DNA of 64,000 bases from Chiloscyllium plagiosum (lineage: Eukaryota): the NCBI RefSeq assembly GCF_004010195.1, contig NC_057719.1, positions 50,978,913 through 51,042,912 on the forward strand, in the 5' to 3' direction. The translations under genes and the position numbers were made by a program. Below are positions 36,944 to 48,834 of the stretch, in pieces (within the stretch, counting starts at the first letter, position 1; each line of letters begins with the position of its first letter). A model generated the notes under the pieces. It did not search any database and had not been told where the DNA came from. It saw only the letters and a program-made list of their open reading frames with translations.

Positions 36944-39679
36944 TACTTCCAATTAAACCTGTTGGACTATAACCTGGTGCTGTGATTTTTAACTTTGTAC
37001 ACCCCAGTCCAACACCGGCATCTCCAAATCCAAGGAGCAGGGCAGTCAATATTTCGGGCATAAGCCCTTCATTTGGAATGTCAAGAGAGGAGGTTGATGG
37101 ATGCTGGTTGAGATATTTAATACTTTGCTGGTCACAGGTGAAGTGCCAGATGACTGGAGGAAAGCTAATGTTGTTCCTTCATTCAAGAAAGGCAGCAGGG
37201 ATAGTCCAGGTATTTCAAGAGCAGTTAGTCAGTGGTAGGGAAATTATTGAAAAAAATTCTGAGGGACAGGATTCATCAACATTTGGAAAGGCAGTGACTG
37301 ATCAGGGATAGTCAGCATGGATTTGTTAGAGGGAGATCCTGTCTGACTAATTTGTGTTTCTGAAAAGGTAACTAAATACATTGATGAGGGTGGTGTAGTT
37401 GATGTGGTTTATATGGACTTCAGTAAGGTCTTTGACAAGATCCCACATGAAAGGCTGGTACAAAAAACAAGGGCTCATGGGATCCAAAGCAAACTGACAA
37501 ACTGGATCCAAAATTGGCTTCAAAAAGGATGATAGTGGAGGCTGCTTTTGAAAGTCTGTGACCAACAGTATATCAGAGATCAGTGCTACAACCCTTATTG
37601 TTTGTTTGGTAGATTAAGAACTTGGATGTCAGTGTCAAAGGTGCAATTAGTAGATTTGCAGATGGCACTAAAAGTGGTGGTGGTATTAGTTATGAGGATG
37701 ATGGTCTCAGGATATAGTCTGATATTGATCAGCTGGTAAATTGGGGAGAGCAATGGCAGATGGAATTTAATCCTGATAAGTGAGGTGATGCATTTTGGGA
37801 AGTCTAATGTGGGAAGGATTTACTCATAAATGAGTGGTAGGTCTCTAGGGAGTACTGAAGAACAAAACGGTACCTTGTTGTACAAGTCCATAAATCCATG
37901 AAGATGTCAGCACTGGTAGATAGGGTGGTGATGAAAACATACGGAATGCTTGCCTTCATTAGCCAGGGTGTAGAATACAAGAACAGGGAAGTCTTGTTGC
38001 ACCTTCATAGTTATTGCTTAGGCCACAAATGGAATACTGTTCTAGTCACCACAAGATGAGAAAACTGTTATTACACTGGAAAGGGTGCAGAGGAGATTTA
38101 GCAGGACGTTGCCTTGGATGGAAAATCTCTGTTATGAAGAGAGACTGAATAGGCTGGGTTAATTTTCCCAGGAGCAGAGGAGGCGGAGTGAAGAATCTGA
38201 TTAAGGTACACAGAATTATGAGAGACATAGGTAAGGTAGATCATGAGAATCTTTTCCCCACGGCAGATATATCTTAGGCCAGAGGGTATAATTTTAAGGT
38301 GGTGAGTAAGTGGTTGAGAAGGGATCTGAAGGATGTCTTGTTCTCCCAGAGGGTGGTAGAAATACGTAATGTGCTGCCTAAGAGGGTGGACAATAGACAA
38401 TAACTCTTGCAACATTTAAAAAGCATTTGGATGAGCACTTAAAATACCAGGGCATAGTAGGCTTTGGACCAAATGCGGGTAAATGGAATTAACAGTTTGT
38501 GATTTGTGGGTCAGCATAGATTTATGGACCAAAGGGTACATGCAATGTGCAAGACTCTATGACTATTTACATAGCTACAGAATTTTTATGTAATATAGTC
38601 CTTTTTAGATATTAAGCAGATCAGAAATCTTTATTTTACTTCCAAACTCCATACAAAAATTGCAGTTCCAGATTCCTATATCTCACACTGATTAACTGTA
38701 ACACATCAACAGGAATCAAAAACCTTCCAGAGTACCACCATTGTTCCTGATATCCAACCATCACAGGATCTATTTAATTCATTTAATCAAGAAAGAAAAA
38801 GTGCCTATGGATTTTTTAAGACATTAAAATTCCAATAGAAACTTACTTTCTTATTAAAGTGTTCTTCTTTGAAAAAAAAATTGTCTAAAACTGATAGAAT
38901 GTGAAAACTCGTCTCTCTCCTTGATACCAGCTACATTGCATTTTTTAACTTCTGTTTTATTTGAAAACATAAAAGGATTGAGCTCAGTTTTTGTCGAGTT
39001 TTTATTTCCCACTGTCATAGAGAGACTGGTTAAAAATGTAGAAAACTTTTGAAAATGGATCTCTTAAGTAAAAGAAAAGCAACAGCTTAAAGGGCAGCTA
39101 AAATAATTACCAAATGCTAACAGTTCTTTCCCTATGATATAGGAGGGGCATCACACTCAAGAGAGTCATCTCTAGACTCACTGCAACCACAAGCATCCAC
39201 CTCTTCTACCAGGATCGATGATATAGATGTGAATTTAGTTCCTACACCTGACAATGTTAGAGCTTAAAATCCCAGTTGAAGAAAATAGATACACAATGTC
39301 CAATGATCTTGGTCTCTGAGGTGTCTTGACCATAGAATGATATTTAATCCTGGATACAAAAAAAAAGTCAAAAGTGTCAACCTTACAACAATCCATTTAA
39401 GAAATCGAAGCAATAAATCAAAAACCAAATGTGACGTTGTTCAAAGTGTCTATTTCATCCCATGAAAGTTAATCAAAGAAAGAGTCAGGAGTGCTGAGAA
39501 TACTCTCCAACTTTTGGCTGTGTTTTCTGGTTTGTCTTCAAACTGTTGTCAACAGCATCAACAGCACTGGCTAGTGATGGGTTTTAACGATTGAATTCCA
39601 ACAGGATTTTGCCAAAGTCATGAAAACTTGGAAGATCATAAAAGCTTTGCTTATGTATTTGATGAGGCGAGATGGGTTA

Positions 39680-40555
39680 ACCTTGGAATCACAGCTGGAA
39701 CAGGAGCGAGAGTACTGGAGGTTTGTACTTGAATTGTTTTTGCAGTTATGTTTTGCAGGAGCGACAGCGAGGGGCCTGACGGGAAGGTAAATTTGAAGTA
39801 TATAAACTTACTTCAATGACAGGCAGAGTGCACAAGAGACTGCTGGGAAAGTTAGGTTATATATTTGGGCAGTTGCTTTACCCGAAACATGACTCAGATA
39901 GTGTCTCCCATCTATCCTTCTCTTCTAACAAAAAAAAGTTCTATGCACTGGATTGGCAAGATGACTAGTTTTTTTTGGTTTCAGTAGTCTCATTGGGAAG
40001 TTAGAATTGTGGGAATGTAAGTGGGAGGTAAGGGTCACCACTAGTGTCTCAGCTGACTGCATCTGTGGGTAGTGGACGCAACTCCAGCTCCTCGAAAACA
40101 GCGTTAGGGAACTGGAGCTAGAGCTGGATGAACTTTGGATCATTCGTGAGGCAGGGGGTAGTTATTGGGAGGAGTTACAGGGAGGTGGTCACACCTCTGG
40201 GACAAGAGAAGAGAGTAGATGGGTTACCGTCAGGGGACTGAAAGGGAACCGGTAGGTGGTGCAGGAATCCTCTGCGGCCGTTCCTCCCCACAACAGGAAT
40301 ACACTTTCTCTGGATTCTCGTTATCTCATTTCTGAAGGCTTCCCATTTTCCAGCCATCCCTTTACCTGCGAACATCTGCCCCTAATCAGCTTTCGAAAGT
40401 TCTTGCCTAATGCCGTCAAAATTGGCCTTTCTCCAATTTAGAACTTCAACTTTTAGATCTGGTCTATCCTTTTCCATCATTACTTTAAATCTAATAGAAT
40501 TATGGTCGCTGGCCCCAAAGTGCTCCCCCACTGACAACTCAGTCACTTGCCCTGC
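39680..40555. mobile_element. CR1 5' region/ORF1 fragment (+) joined to an inverted ORF2 fragment (-)
   Basis: Plus strand at about 40020-40150 reads WEVRVTTSVSADCICG*WTQLQLLENSVRELELELDEL (ORF1 zinc-finger/leucine-zipper-like). Minus strand at 40295-40555 reads VGEHFGASDHNSIRF..FAGKGMAGKWEAFRNEI. Confidence 0.65.
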
Positions 40556-40747
40556 AAGCTCTGGGCAAGGCTTGGTATAATTGTGAAGGGGCAGGTGGGT
40601 GCAGCAGGACTTTGAAGGGGAACAGACTGTAAAGTATGAATGTGAAGAATGTATTCAGGGAGTGAGGGGGATATTGTTCACAGTCAGTAGCAACCTGGCT
40701 TCAAGGAGGAGGATCAAGTAAGTTAACACTTACCTGGCAGGAAGGAT

Positions 40748-41040
40748 AGGTAGCACAGTGGGTAGACAGCGGCCTCACAGCACCAGGAACCCTAGTTTGA
40801 CCTCAGGGCAACCTCTGTAGAGTTTGCACATTCTCCCTGTGACTGCGTGGGTTTCCTCTGGGTACTCCAGTTTCCCTCCCACCAAAGATGTACAGGTTAG
40901 GTGGATTGGCCATGATGAAAATGCAGGGTTGTGGGATAGGGTAGAGGACTGGGTCTGGGTGGGATGCTTTTTGCAGGGTCTGATCAGACTTAATAGCTGA
41001 ATTGCCTCTTTCCACACTGTAGGGATTCTATTCTATGATA
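40748..41040 (+). mobile_element. Diverged HE1-type SINE
   Basis: Has the V-domain and the tail 'ccacactgtagggattcta'. Confidence 0.75.
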
Positions 41041-41074
41041 GGCAGGTACAGATGACTACAGACAGGTTAGATTC

Positions 41075-42578
41075 AGAGTCATAGAGATGCACAGCATGGA
41101 AATGGACCCTTTGGTCCAACTCATCCATGCCAACCAGATAACCTAATCTAGTCAGATTTGCCAGCACTTGGCCCATATCCCTCTAAACCCTTCCTATTCA
41201 TTCACCCATCCAAATGCCTTTTAAAAGCTAAAATTGTACCACCCTCCACCATATCATCTGGCAGCTCATTCCATACATGAACCACCCTCTTCATGAAAAG
41301 GTTGCCCCTTAGGTCCCTTTTATAACTTTTCCTCTCACCCTAAACCAATGCCCTCTAGTTCCGGACTCCCCACCTCAGGGAAAATACCTTATCTATTTAT
41401 CTTTTCCATGCCCTTCATGATTTTATGAACCTCTATAAAAGGTCACCCCTTAGGCTTTGCACTCCAGGGAAAACAGCCACAGCCTCTCCCTATAGCTCAA
41501 ATGATTTGGATGCAAGCATAAGAGGTACAGTTAGTAAGTTTGCAGTTGACACCAAAATTGGAGGTGTAGTGGACAGTGAAGAAGGTTACCTCAGATTACA
41601 ACAGGATCTTGACCAGATGGGCCAGTGGGCTGAGGAGTGGCAGATGGAGTTTAATTTAAATAAATGCAAGGTGCTGCATATTGGAAAAGCAAATCTTACT
41701 AGGACTTATACTCCTAATGGTAAGGTCCTGGGGTGTTTTGCTGAACAAAGAGACCTTGGAATGCAGGTTCATAGTTCATTGAAAGTAGAGTCGCAGGTAG
41801 ATAGGATATTGAAGAAGGCGTTTGATATGCTTTCCTTACCGTACTTGCTTTGGTTGCAACCATTTTCTTCTCCGTTGCACAATTTCAATTTCCAGCATGA
41901 CGGAAAGGCAGAAGTGAGCTCTTCTTGTCCAGAAGCTGCCAGCCTCAGCCTGACCGGGCCAACGAGCCCCCAGATATCCCTATCCCCTTCCTAGCGGCCC
42001 ATCCAGTCCACCAACACCATAGGATTCACTTATTAACTATATCTGCTACATTCATATCTAAATCATTTATATAAATGATGAAAAGTAGTGACCCCAGCAC
42101 TGATCCTTGAGGCACTCCACTGGTCACAGGGCTCCAGTCTGAAAAGCAACCCTCCACCCTTTCTCTTCTACCTTGGAGCCAATTCTGTACCCAAATGGCA
42201 AGTTCCCCCTGTATTCCATGCGATCTAACCTTGCTGACCAGTCTCCCATGTTGAACACCTTATTGAAGTCCATATATAAATCACATTTACCACTCTGCCC
42301 TAATCAATCATCTTTGCTACTTCTTCAAAAAAAAACTCAAATCAAGTTCAAGAGACATGATTTCACGCACACAAAGCCATGCTGACTATCCCTAATCAGC
42401 CCTTGCCCTTCCAAATATATGTAAATCCTGTCCCACAGGATTCCCTCCAACAACTTGCCCACCACTGACATCAGGCTCACTGGTCTATATTTCCCTGGCT
42501 TGTCCTTACCACCTTTTTTAAATAGTGGCACGTTAGCCAACCTCCAGTCTTCCAGCACCTCACCTGTGACTATCGATG
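41075..42578 (-). mobile_element. CR1 LINE with an internally inverted RT segment (41498-41835 on +)
   Basis: Minus-strand 3' end, then plus-strand NDLDASIRGTVSKFAVDTKIGG, then minus-strand RT N-terminal part. Confidence 0.8.
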
Positions 42579-42579
42579 A

Positions 42580-44130
42580 TTTGGCTAGGACCTGCTGGAA
42601 GTGTGCAACAGTACGTTTCTGTCAGGTAGCATGTGCAAATCCATGAGGAAAGGTATCATCACCCTTATCTACAAATGGAAGGAGAAAAGGGAGGAAATCA
42701 AAAAATTGGGAACCAGTTTCACTGTTGAATGTAGAATATAAAATCCTGTTTAAGTTCATTACATTCCGATCAGGTCTGCCCTGGGGTTGGTGATTTACTC
42801 CGATCTGTACCAGGCAGGACAGCCAAATCAAGTCCCACAAAGCCAAAAACAATTCAGCCAGTGAGCTGTTGCTTCTGGGAGTTTTGTACTTTTCAAAAGG
42901 ACTTGAGAATCTTAGTCAGCTCATCCAGAAATAACGGCTGGTCCAGCCACTCCCATGTGCTGCCATCTGAGACCTCTGATTGTGCAGTCTCCTGGTTGTA
43001 CCTGTCCTCTGTCTATGGGCTTTATGTCATAGTCTGGCAAAAGAGAATTTGCTGATTCTCAGGATGTCAGACTGAGACAATGTTACCAAGCCATCATCTT
43101 CCTTTAGAAGAATGATCAGAGCTCTCCTTGCACATCTTCTTGAAGGAACACAAGCACATCTCATCCTATACCATGGAGCAGACCGTAGACTGGAAAGTTA
43201 TCTTGGAGATCTTTTGAGGCAAAGAGTGAGGCTGGCTAGCTCTTCACCTCCTAGAGATCCTCCTTGACATCAACCCCCATCATCTGCAGGAGTAGGTTCT
43301 GCATACTTTTCTTGAGTTTGGACTGTCTCCCCCCACCACACCTCCCCCCCCCCCTCCCCACCCTTGCTCTCTCACTCACTCCCCTTCTAAATACCTCTGA
43401 GGAAGAGCAACATCTTGATGTTTCCCTTGAGTGTTTCCCATTAGTCCAATGGACACTCAAGAGGGGATTAGTTCTCCAACCTGTGTACTTTTTTTGAGCT
43501 CCTCACTGTTTTCTGGCATCAACAGTTGTATGTTCAGCTTCCATGTTCCCTTGCTGGCTTGCGTCATCCTGTAGGAGGCAGTCAGCCAGCAGGAACAGAG
43601 AACCTTGGGACACAAACAAGAAATCTATCCTTGAGCAGATAAATCTGATCACAACCAGATGGTTCTATCTATGCTTGGCTCCGTCTACAGGGATATGACA
43701 ACACTATGCTGCTTGGTGTATTTAACCATCTTTATCAGAAATCCGGATGTAGCATCCAGTTTGCTGTCAGCCCCTCCAGATCATCCAGCCACTTTGATAA
43801 TGCAGCTGAAGTCTCCAGCCAGAATGACTGGCCTGAATGTTGCCAGCAGTTCTGCGAGCAGCTGTAGAATGGCCAGCTGCTCACTATTTACCATTGGGGC
43901 ATACAATTAATCAGTCTCATGGCAGCGTTTCTGTACAAAACATCTGCTGCAAGGAGGTGCCTGCGCACCACCTCCTTAATTTCAGAGATGGCACAGTTGC
44001 CTTCCTGCAGGAAAATACCCGTGCAGAGGAATGCCAATTGTTACCCCACCCCAACAAAACCAAAGGCCTGTGGCCCCACAAGCTTAACCATTATAAAATC
44101 ATGAGGTGGGACTAGCTTAGTTTGGGAAAA
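42580..44130. mobile_element. Decayed Tx1/L1-clade LINE with inversion
   Basis: Plus strand at about 42640-42750 reads SMRKGIITLIYK..PVSLLNVEYKIL (RT start). Minus strand at about 43560-43910 reads YAP..RPVILAGDF..SRIDFLFVS (AP endonuclease). Confidence 0.7.
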
Positions 44131-45472
44131 CAGTCAGCACAGACTGGTTAGACTGAAGGGTCTGTTTGCATGCTGTTGCCTCTTCCTCCATTGATTCCAT
44201 ATATCCGGGTGGACGTTGATTTGGTTGTTTTCCCAGCGTATTTGCATCCTCGTCAGCCCTTCCCTCCTTTTGGGTGACCCTCCTTTCAATGCTCTTGCTG
44301 GAGGGTGGCACCACCAAGTGTGGACACTTCTAGCATTATACTTCTGACCCACCTGCAATAGCCACTTCTATACTTTATTTTCCTTTTTTCTGACCGTCAT
44401 CAGGATCCTTCCTTGTGCCACTGATAAGGTCTGTGGATTTTCTAAGAAGGCAGCTGATTCAGATTAAAATGACTATTTAAATGGTGTAAATTTGTTTACT
44501 CCAATCTTAGTTACCCACATCTGGTTACCATTTTAAACCTGCTCAAAACTAAAGGGATGCAAATCAATCCAGTGTAAACAGATTAGGATCCTTGCTTTTC
44601 TAAAAGCTCAGATATCTAGTGTTCCACAGAACGTGTGTGGAATTGTAACTTGAGACAGTGCTTTTTCAATTGCTTTAAGGCAAGAATAGAGACTGCTCAG
44701 GATATTACATTCACTTAGGCTCATCATCATCCGAATTTATTTAATTCCTCCTGGAAGCTATAAAAGAGGGAAACCTTTGACTTTCATTCACAGTTGTTAA
44801 CATTGATCCAGCCGCCGCAGAAAACGCCCTAAAGTATAAATAGTGAGACCGAGCGTATAAATAGGACAATATTTTGGGAATAGATCCTTTAAGTTAAATA
44901 TCTCTAAGAGACACAAAAGTGGAGTGTGGTTCTTACCTTCTGGCAGAAGAATGAACAAATTCCTCTCAGCCTACGCAAAATAAGGGGGAAATTAATTTCT
45001 AAAGGGCAAAATATCAAGTGCCAATTGTGATAATTTCTCAAATTAAAACCCAATTTCCACGGGTAGCTTGTAGAACCATTGCGGTCGAGTAAATTACTTC
45101 CTGGGTTCCACATGCACGCTGATATAGGATTTGACTTGAGAGATAATTGAACCAGATAATGCGGATGTGGCTCAATTAAAAGCATTACCTTGTTTAGTAT
45201 GTTGATTTGATTTGTTAATTAGCAGTTTTGGAATAGTATAACTAGGGGGCATTTGATAAGTAGAGTTTGATGAAAATTCTAGGCTGTCTGTTCAGGCTGA
45301 GAAGCTGTAAACAGAAAAAAAAAGACGATGAGTTGATAGTGATATAATTTGCTGTGTGACAAACCTACCCAGGCAGTTTGCATTATAAATCTAACTATCG
45401 GAATTTGAAATCGCTGAAGGTGACAACAGAGGTTTTTGTGTGATCGGAATTCTGTACAACAACAATTTACAT

Positions 45473-45659
45473 AGTTAAAAATCACACAACACCAGGTTAT
45501 AGTCCAACAGGCTTAATTGGAAGCACATCCACTATCCCCTGATGAAGGAGCGTCGCTCCGAAAGCTAGTGCTTCCAATTAAACCTGTTGGACTATAACCT
45601 GGTGTTGTGTGATTTTTAACTTTGTATACCCCAGTCCAACACCGGCATCTCCAAATCAT
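45473..45659. mobile_element. Fold-back PLE micro-element with one hammerhead motif
   Basis: Arms 45473-45526 and 45568-45621 plus about 38 nt of tail. Degenerate TSD aacaatttacatag / agcagtttacatgg. Confidence 0.85.
45536..45570 (+). ncRNA. Minimal type-I hammerhead motif (core intact, one stem-I mismatch)
   Basis: ccc-CUGAUGA-aggagc-guc-gcucc-GAAA-GCUA-gug. Confidence 0.7.
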
Positions 45660-47362
45660 AGCAGTTTACATGGTACCTTTAACATAATAAAACGTCCATT
45701 TCTAGAGTGTGCCAGAGCTTGGTGCCTACCCAGGTGTATGTTTCTTTCCAACACAACCTTACATGCAAGGTAGAAGAGAGAAATTACATCTCTAGGAGTA
45801 ATTTAAAATAATCAATGGCCGCAGGCCAAGGGAAACACGGGCTCCATCTGACCAGAGTAAATGTAGGATTTGTCAGGCAATTTTCACACGAAGGTGAGCT
45901 GATGTTGTAATGTGAAGTATCTTTTGAAATGTTGTTAATCATCATGTAGTAGAAAAAACAATTTCAAAAACCAAGTAAACATATCCTGACGTAAATTAAT
46001 TAAACCCCACTTTCAATAAAGCGACACTTGCCATAATTTCGAATGTGAACAATGTTATCTCAATCGAATTCAGTCAGACTTGTTACTGTGGACAGGAAAC
46101 CACACATCAACTCCGATTCAAAGGAAGGTTACTGTGGCACAACTTCCAGTGCAGAAATCAGTTTGATATCATGTAATTTCATAGTAAGTATATTTCTGGT
46201 AACGAAAGCATCTTTCGTTAAGATCTGACACAGCGGAAGCGTTTCCCAAAAGTAACGCACTGTTTTCTAACTGAACTCTAAACTGTGTTCCACTTTTTAA
46301 AAATAAACAATTAATCATATTCCAATTTCCCATCAAACTTTAAAACTCCAGAATTCTTATTAGATATAGGTAGAGTGAATAGGAGAATCTTCGAAGCCCC
46401 CCTGTGTCCACATCGTTTAATGAAGTCCAAATAGACTTCTCAGGAAAATCCAGAACCAAACACGTGGGAAACTCGCCGCAACTTTATTCCTAACTCCTCC
46501 CTGCAAAACATCGTTTGTGCCTATATTTCCTTAGACTATTTCCACATTGCAAATTTGCAAACTATGCACTAAAAATGCTAAAGGCACGTTGTTGTCGAAT
46601 AAATAACTTTGTTAGTTTAGCAAAAACTGACACCTTTTTCCAGTCCGACCACAGAAAAAGATGAAATAAATTGAACCCCATGGGATATTTCAGGGCTTTT
46701 AAAGTGGGGAACTGCAGAAAAACCCGAGTTGTGAGAGAAAAAAGGTTCCCATCGCCCTATCTCTCCACTAACTGGTGCCGACTCCAGAGAAAGCCAGCAG
46801 ACTGTAGTCTTTGCCAGTGTTTTCACGTGGCTAATGAGAGCCGATCTGTTTTGAATTAGGCCTGCAGATTGAAATGTGGTTATTGTCATCCCCGTTTTCT
46901 AATATGGAAATAAAATGTATAGAAGGAAAATTGGTGGAGTTCGTGCAGATGGGGCTTGTTTTTGGACAGGCGGTGATTGGATTAATCTTCGCTGACTACA
47001 ATTTTGATGGCACCTTTGAAGTCCAAACTGAGAAAATGTCAATCACACTAACTCGTACAACCTATTTATCGTCTCTGGCGGTTTACTCCTTGGAAATAAG
47101 TTCAAAATCCCTCGTTTAAAAGAAAAGCATTTTACAAGATTGAACCAGTGCAGATCTCCAAGTGTCATTTTAAGATATCAGTGTTGAACGAATTTGAATT
47201 ACTGTAATTTGCAATAACTGGTTGGACTAACAGGAGGAGAGGAAAGGGTAGGGTGATGGCTGTGCCTAAGACACTAAGGGGACTTCCTCTCAGTTGCTGA
47301 TTGTAACTAACCTGGTGATTTTTGAAGGATGTATTGTAGCTCCGAGAGCAGTTCTCTCTTTT

Positions 47363-47675
47363 TGATGTGGAGATGCTGGTGTTGGACAATGGTGGACCAA
47401 GTTAAAAATCACATATCACCAGGTTATAGTCCAACAGATTTATTCGAAAGTACAAACTTTCGGAGCACTGCTCCTTTGTCAGCTAGCCGTAATGACCTCT
47501 ACAGGAGACAGATATGGGATACAACCGATCGGGTATGCTTTGTCACCCAGTGCTTCCTGGGAATGGAGAACTACACCATGTTCTTTGCAGCCTGCAACAC
47601 ATTATGGATGAAGATGAGCACCTCGCCAAGATCTTCCCTATGCCTCCACTTCTCACCTTTAAGCAACCACCAAAC
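47363..47675. mobile_element. PLE fragment: inverted terminal repeat joined to an internal ORF piece
   Basis: 47363-47483 is the reverse complement of the 2955-3085-type terminus; 47488-47675 matches 1772-1960. Confidence 0.8.
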
Positions 47676-47930
47676 TCTCTTTTTGAGTCATGATTGGAGG
47701 AAATGGAAAGCCTTTTGTTAGACTTGACAATGAGGGAGAGAGACTGTGCATTTTCATATTTCTCTTAATGAGATCTCTCAATGTGGCACTATCACATTCG
47801 AATAGACGAGCCTTGATATGATTTAGAAAACTGGTAGCTCCAGCTTAGCTCTACTTTGCTAACAAACCCAGTAAACACACTTTCTGGCCTTTGTTCAGAC
47901 TCTATCATCGACCAGTGTTTGGAGGAAAGT

Positions 47931-48258
47931 GGGCGGCATGGTGGCACAGTGGTTAGCACTGCTGCCTCACAGCGCCGGAGACCCGGGTTCAATTCCCGCC
48001 TCAGGCGACTGACTGTGTGGAGTTTGCACGTTCTCCCCGTGTCTGCGTGGGTTTCCTCCGGGTGCTCCGGTTTCCTCCCACAGTCCAAAGATGTGCAGGT
48101 CAGGTGAATTGGCCATGCTAAAATGCCCGCAGTGTTAGGTAAGGGGTAAATGTAGGGGTATGGGTGGGTTGCGCTTCGGCGGGTCGGTGTGGACTTGTTG
48201 GGCCAAAGGGCCTGTTTCCACACTGTAATGTAATCTATGTAAAAAAAAATCTAATCTA
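47931..48258 (+). mobile_element. Full-length HE1-type V-SINE
   Basis: Pol III A box (TGGCACAGTGG) and B box (GGTTCAATTCC), V-domain, CR1-shared tail and (TAATC)n end; many CpGs retained. Confidence 0.9.
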
Positions 48259-48834
48259 AAGGTCCATTCACCAGTTTCATAATGTGCTTGTCTCTAACGA
48301 TGCAGTTTTCCCTCTTCCCTCCCTCTCACACGCACACACCCACATGCAGAAGTGTGGTTGTTTGGAACACATGACTCAAAAAGAAAAAAAATGTAAATTC
48401 GAGAGGTTACTATTCAATTTACTTTTACCACAGCCTTCTAGAAAGGGATGGAAGTGAATGTGTAAGATGCAGGGACAAATATCTGGAGTAAGGCTGTAAA
48501 GCAACTGAAGACTCATTAAAAAAACCCTGAAACATTCAGCAGGTTGGGCAGCTCCTCTGGAGAAATAAATATAGTTAACAAGGGATTGAAAGATGATCAG
48601 GTATAGGCCAGAATATGGATTTGAGGTGACAATCAGAGCAGCTGTGATCTTATTGAATGGTGGACCAGACATGAGGGGCTAAATGGCCTATTTTCTGCTG
48701 ATATGTTTCAGGTTTTCAATGTTATATTGTCATAAAGGAGGGGTCAAACAGATTGTTCGGTCCAACAAGTGTGTGTTCACCATAATCACAAACTAAATTT
48801 GTCCCATTTGCCTGCTCCTGGCTTATATCCCTCC

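Larger units (their letters stand above)
36820..37028. mobile_element. 209-bp fold-back micro-element with two back-to-back hammerhead motifs
   Basis: 12-bp TSD tccaaggagcag at 36808-36819 and 37029-37040. Arms about 36826-36900 and 36905-36979. Confidence 0.85.
36729..37080 (-). mobile_element. PLE terminal-repeat micro-element, split by a second insertion
   Basis: 'gagaaagtgaggactgcagatgctgg...gcagtcaatatttcgggcataagcccttcatttggaatg' belongs to the same family as 14332-14426; its HHR is decayed. Confidence 0.7.
36000..38567 (+). mobile_element. Older CR1 LINE hosting two nested PLE-derived insertions
   Basis: Decayed ORF2 (..YMDFSKVFDKIPHERL.., ..RFADGTKSGG..) and an (ATGACTCT)-like tail at about 38550-38567. 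Confidence 0.8.

Noticed and set aside
47931..48005. tRNA gene-like sequence (also at the other HE1 copies)
   Set aside because: These are SINE heads that continue into the V-domain and LINE-derived tail, not standalone tRNAs.
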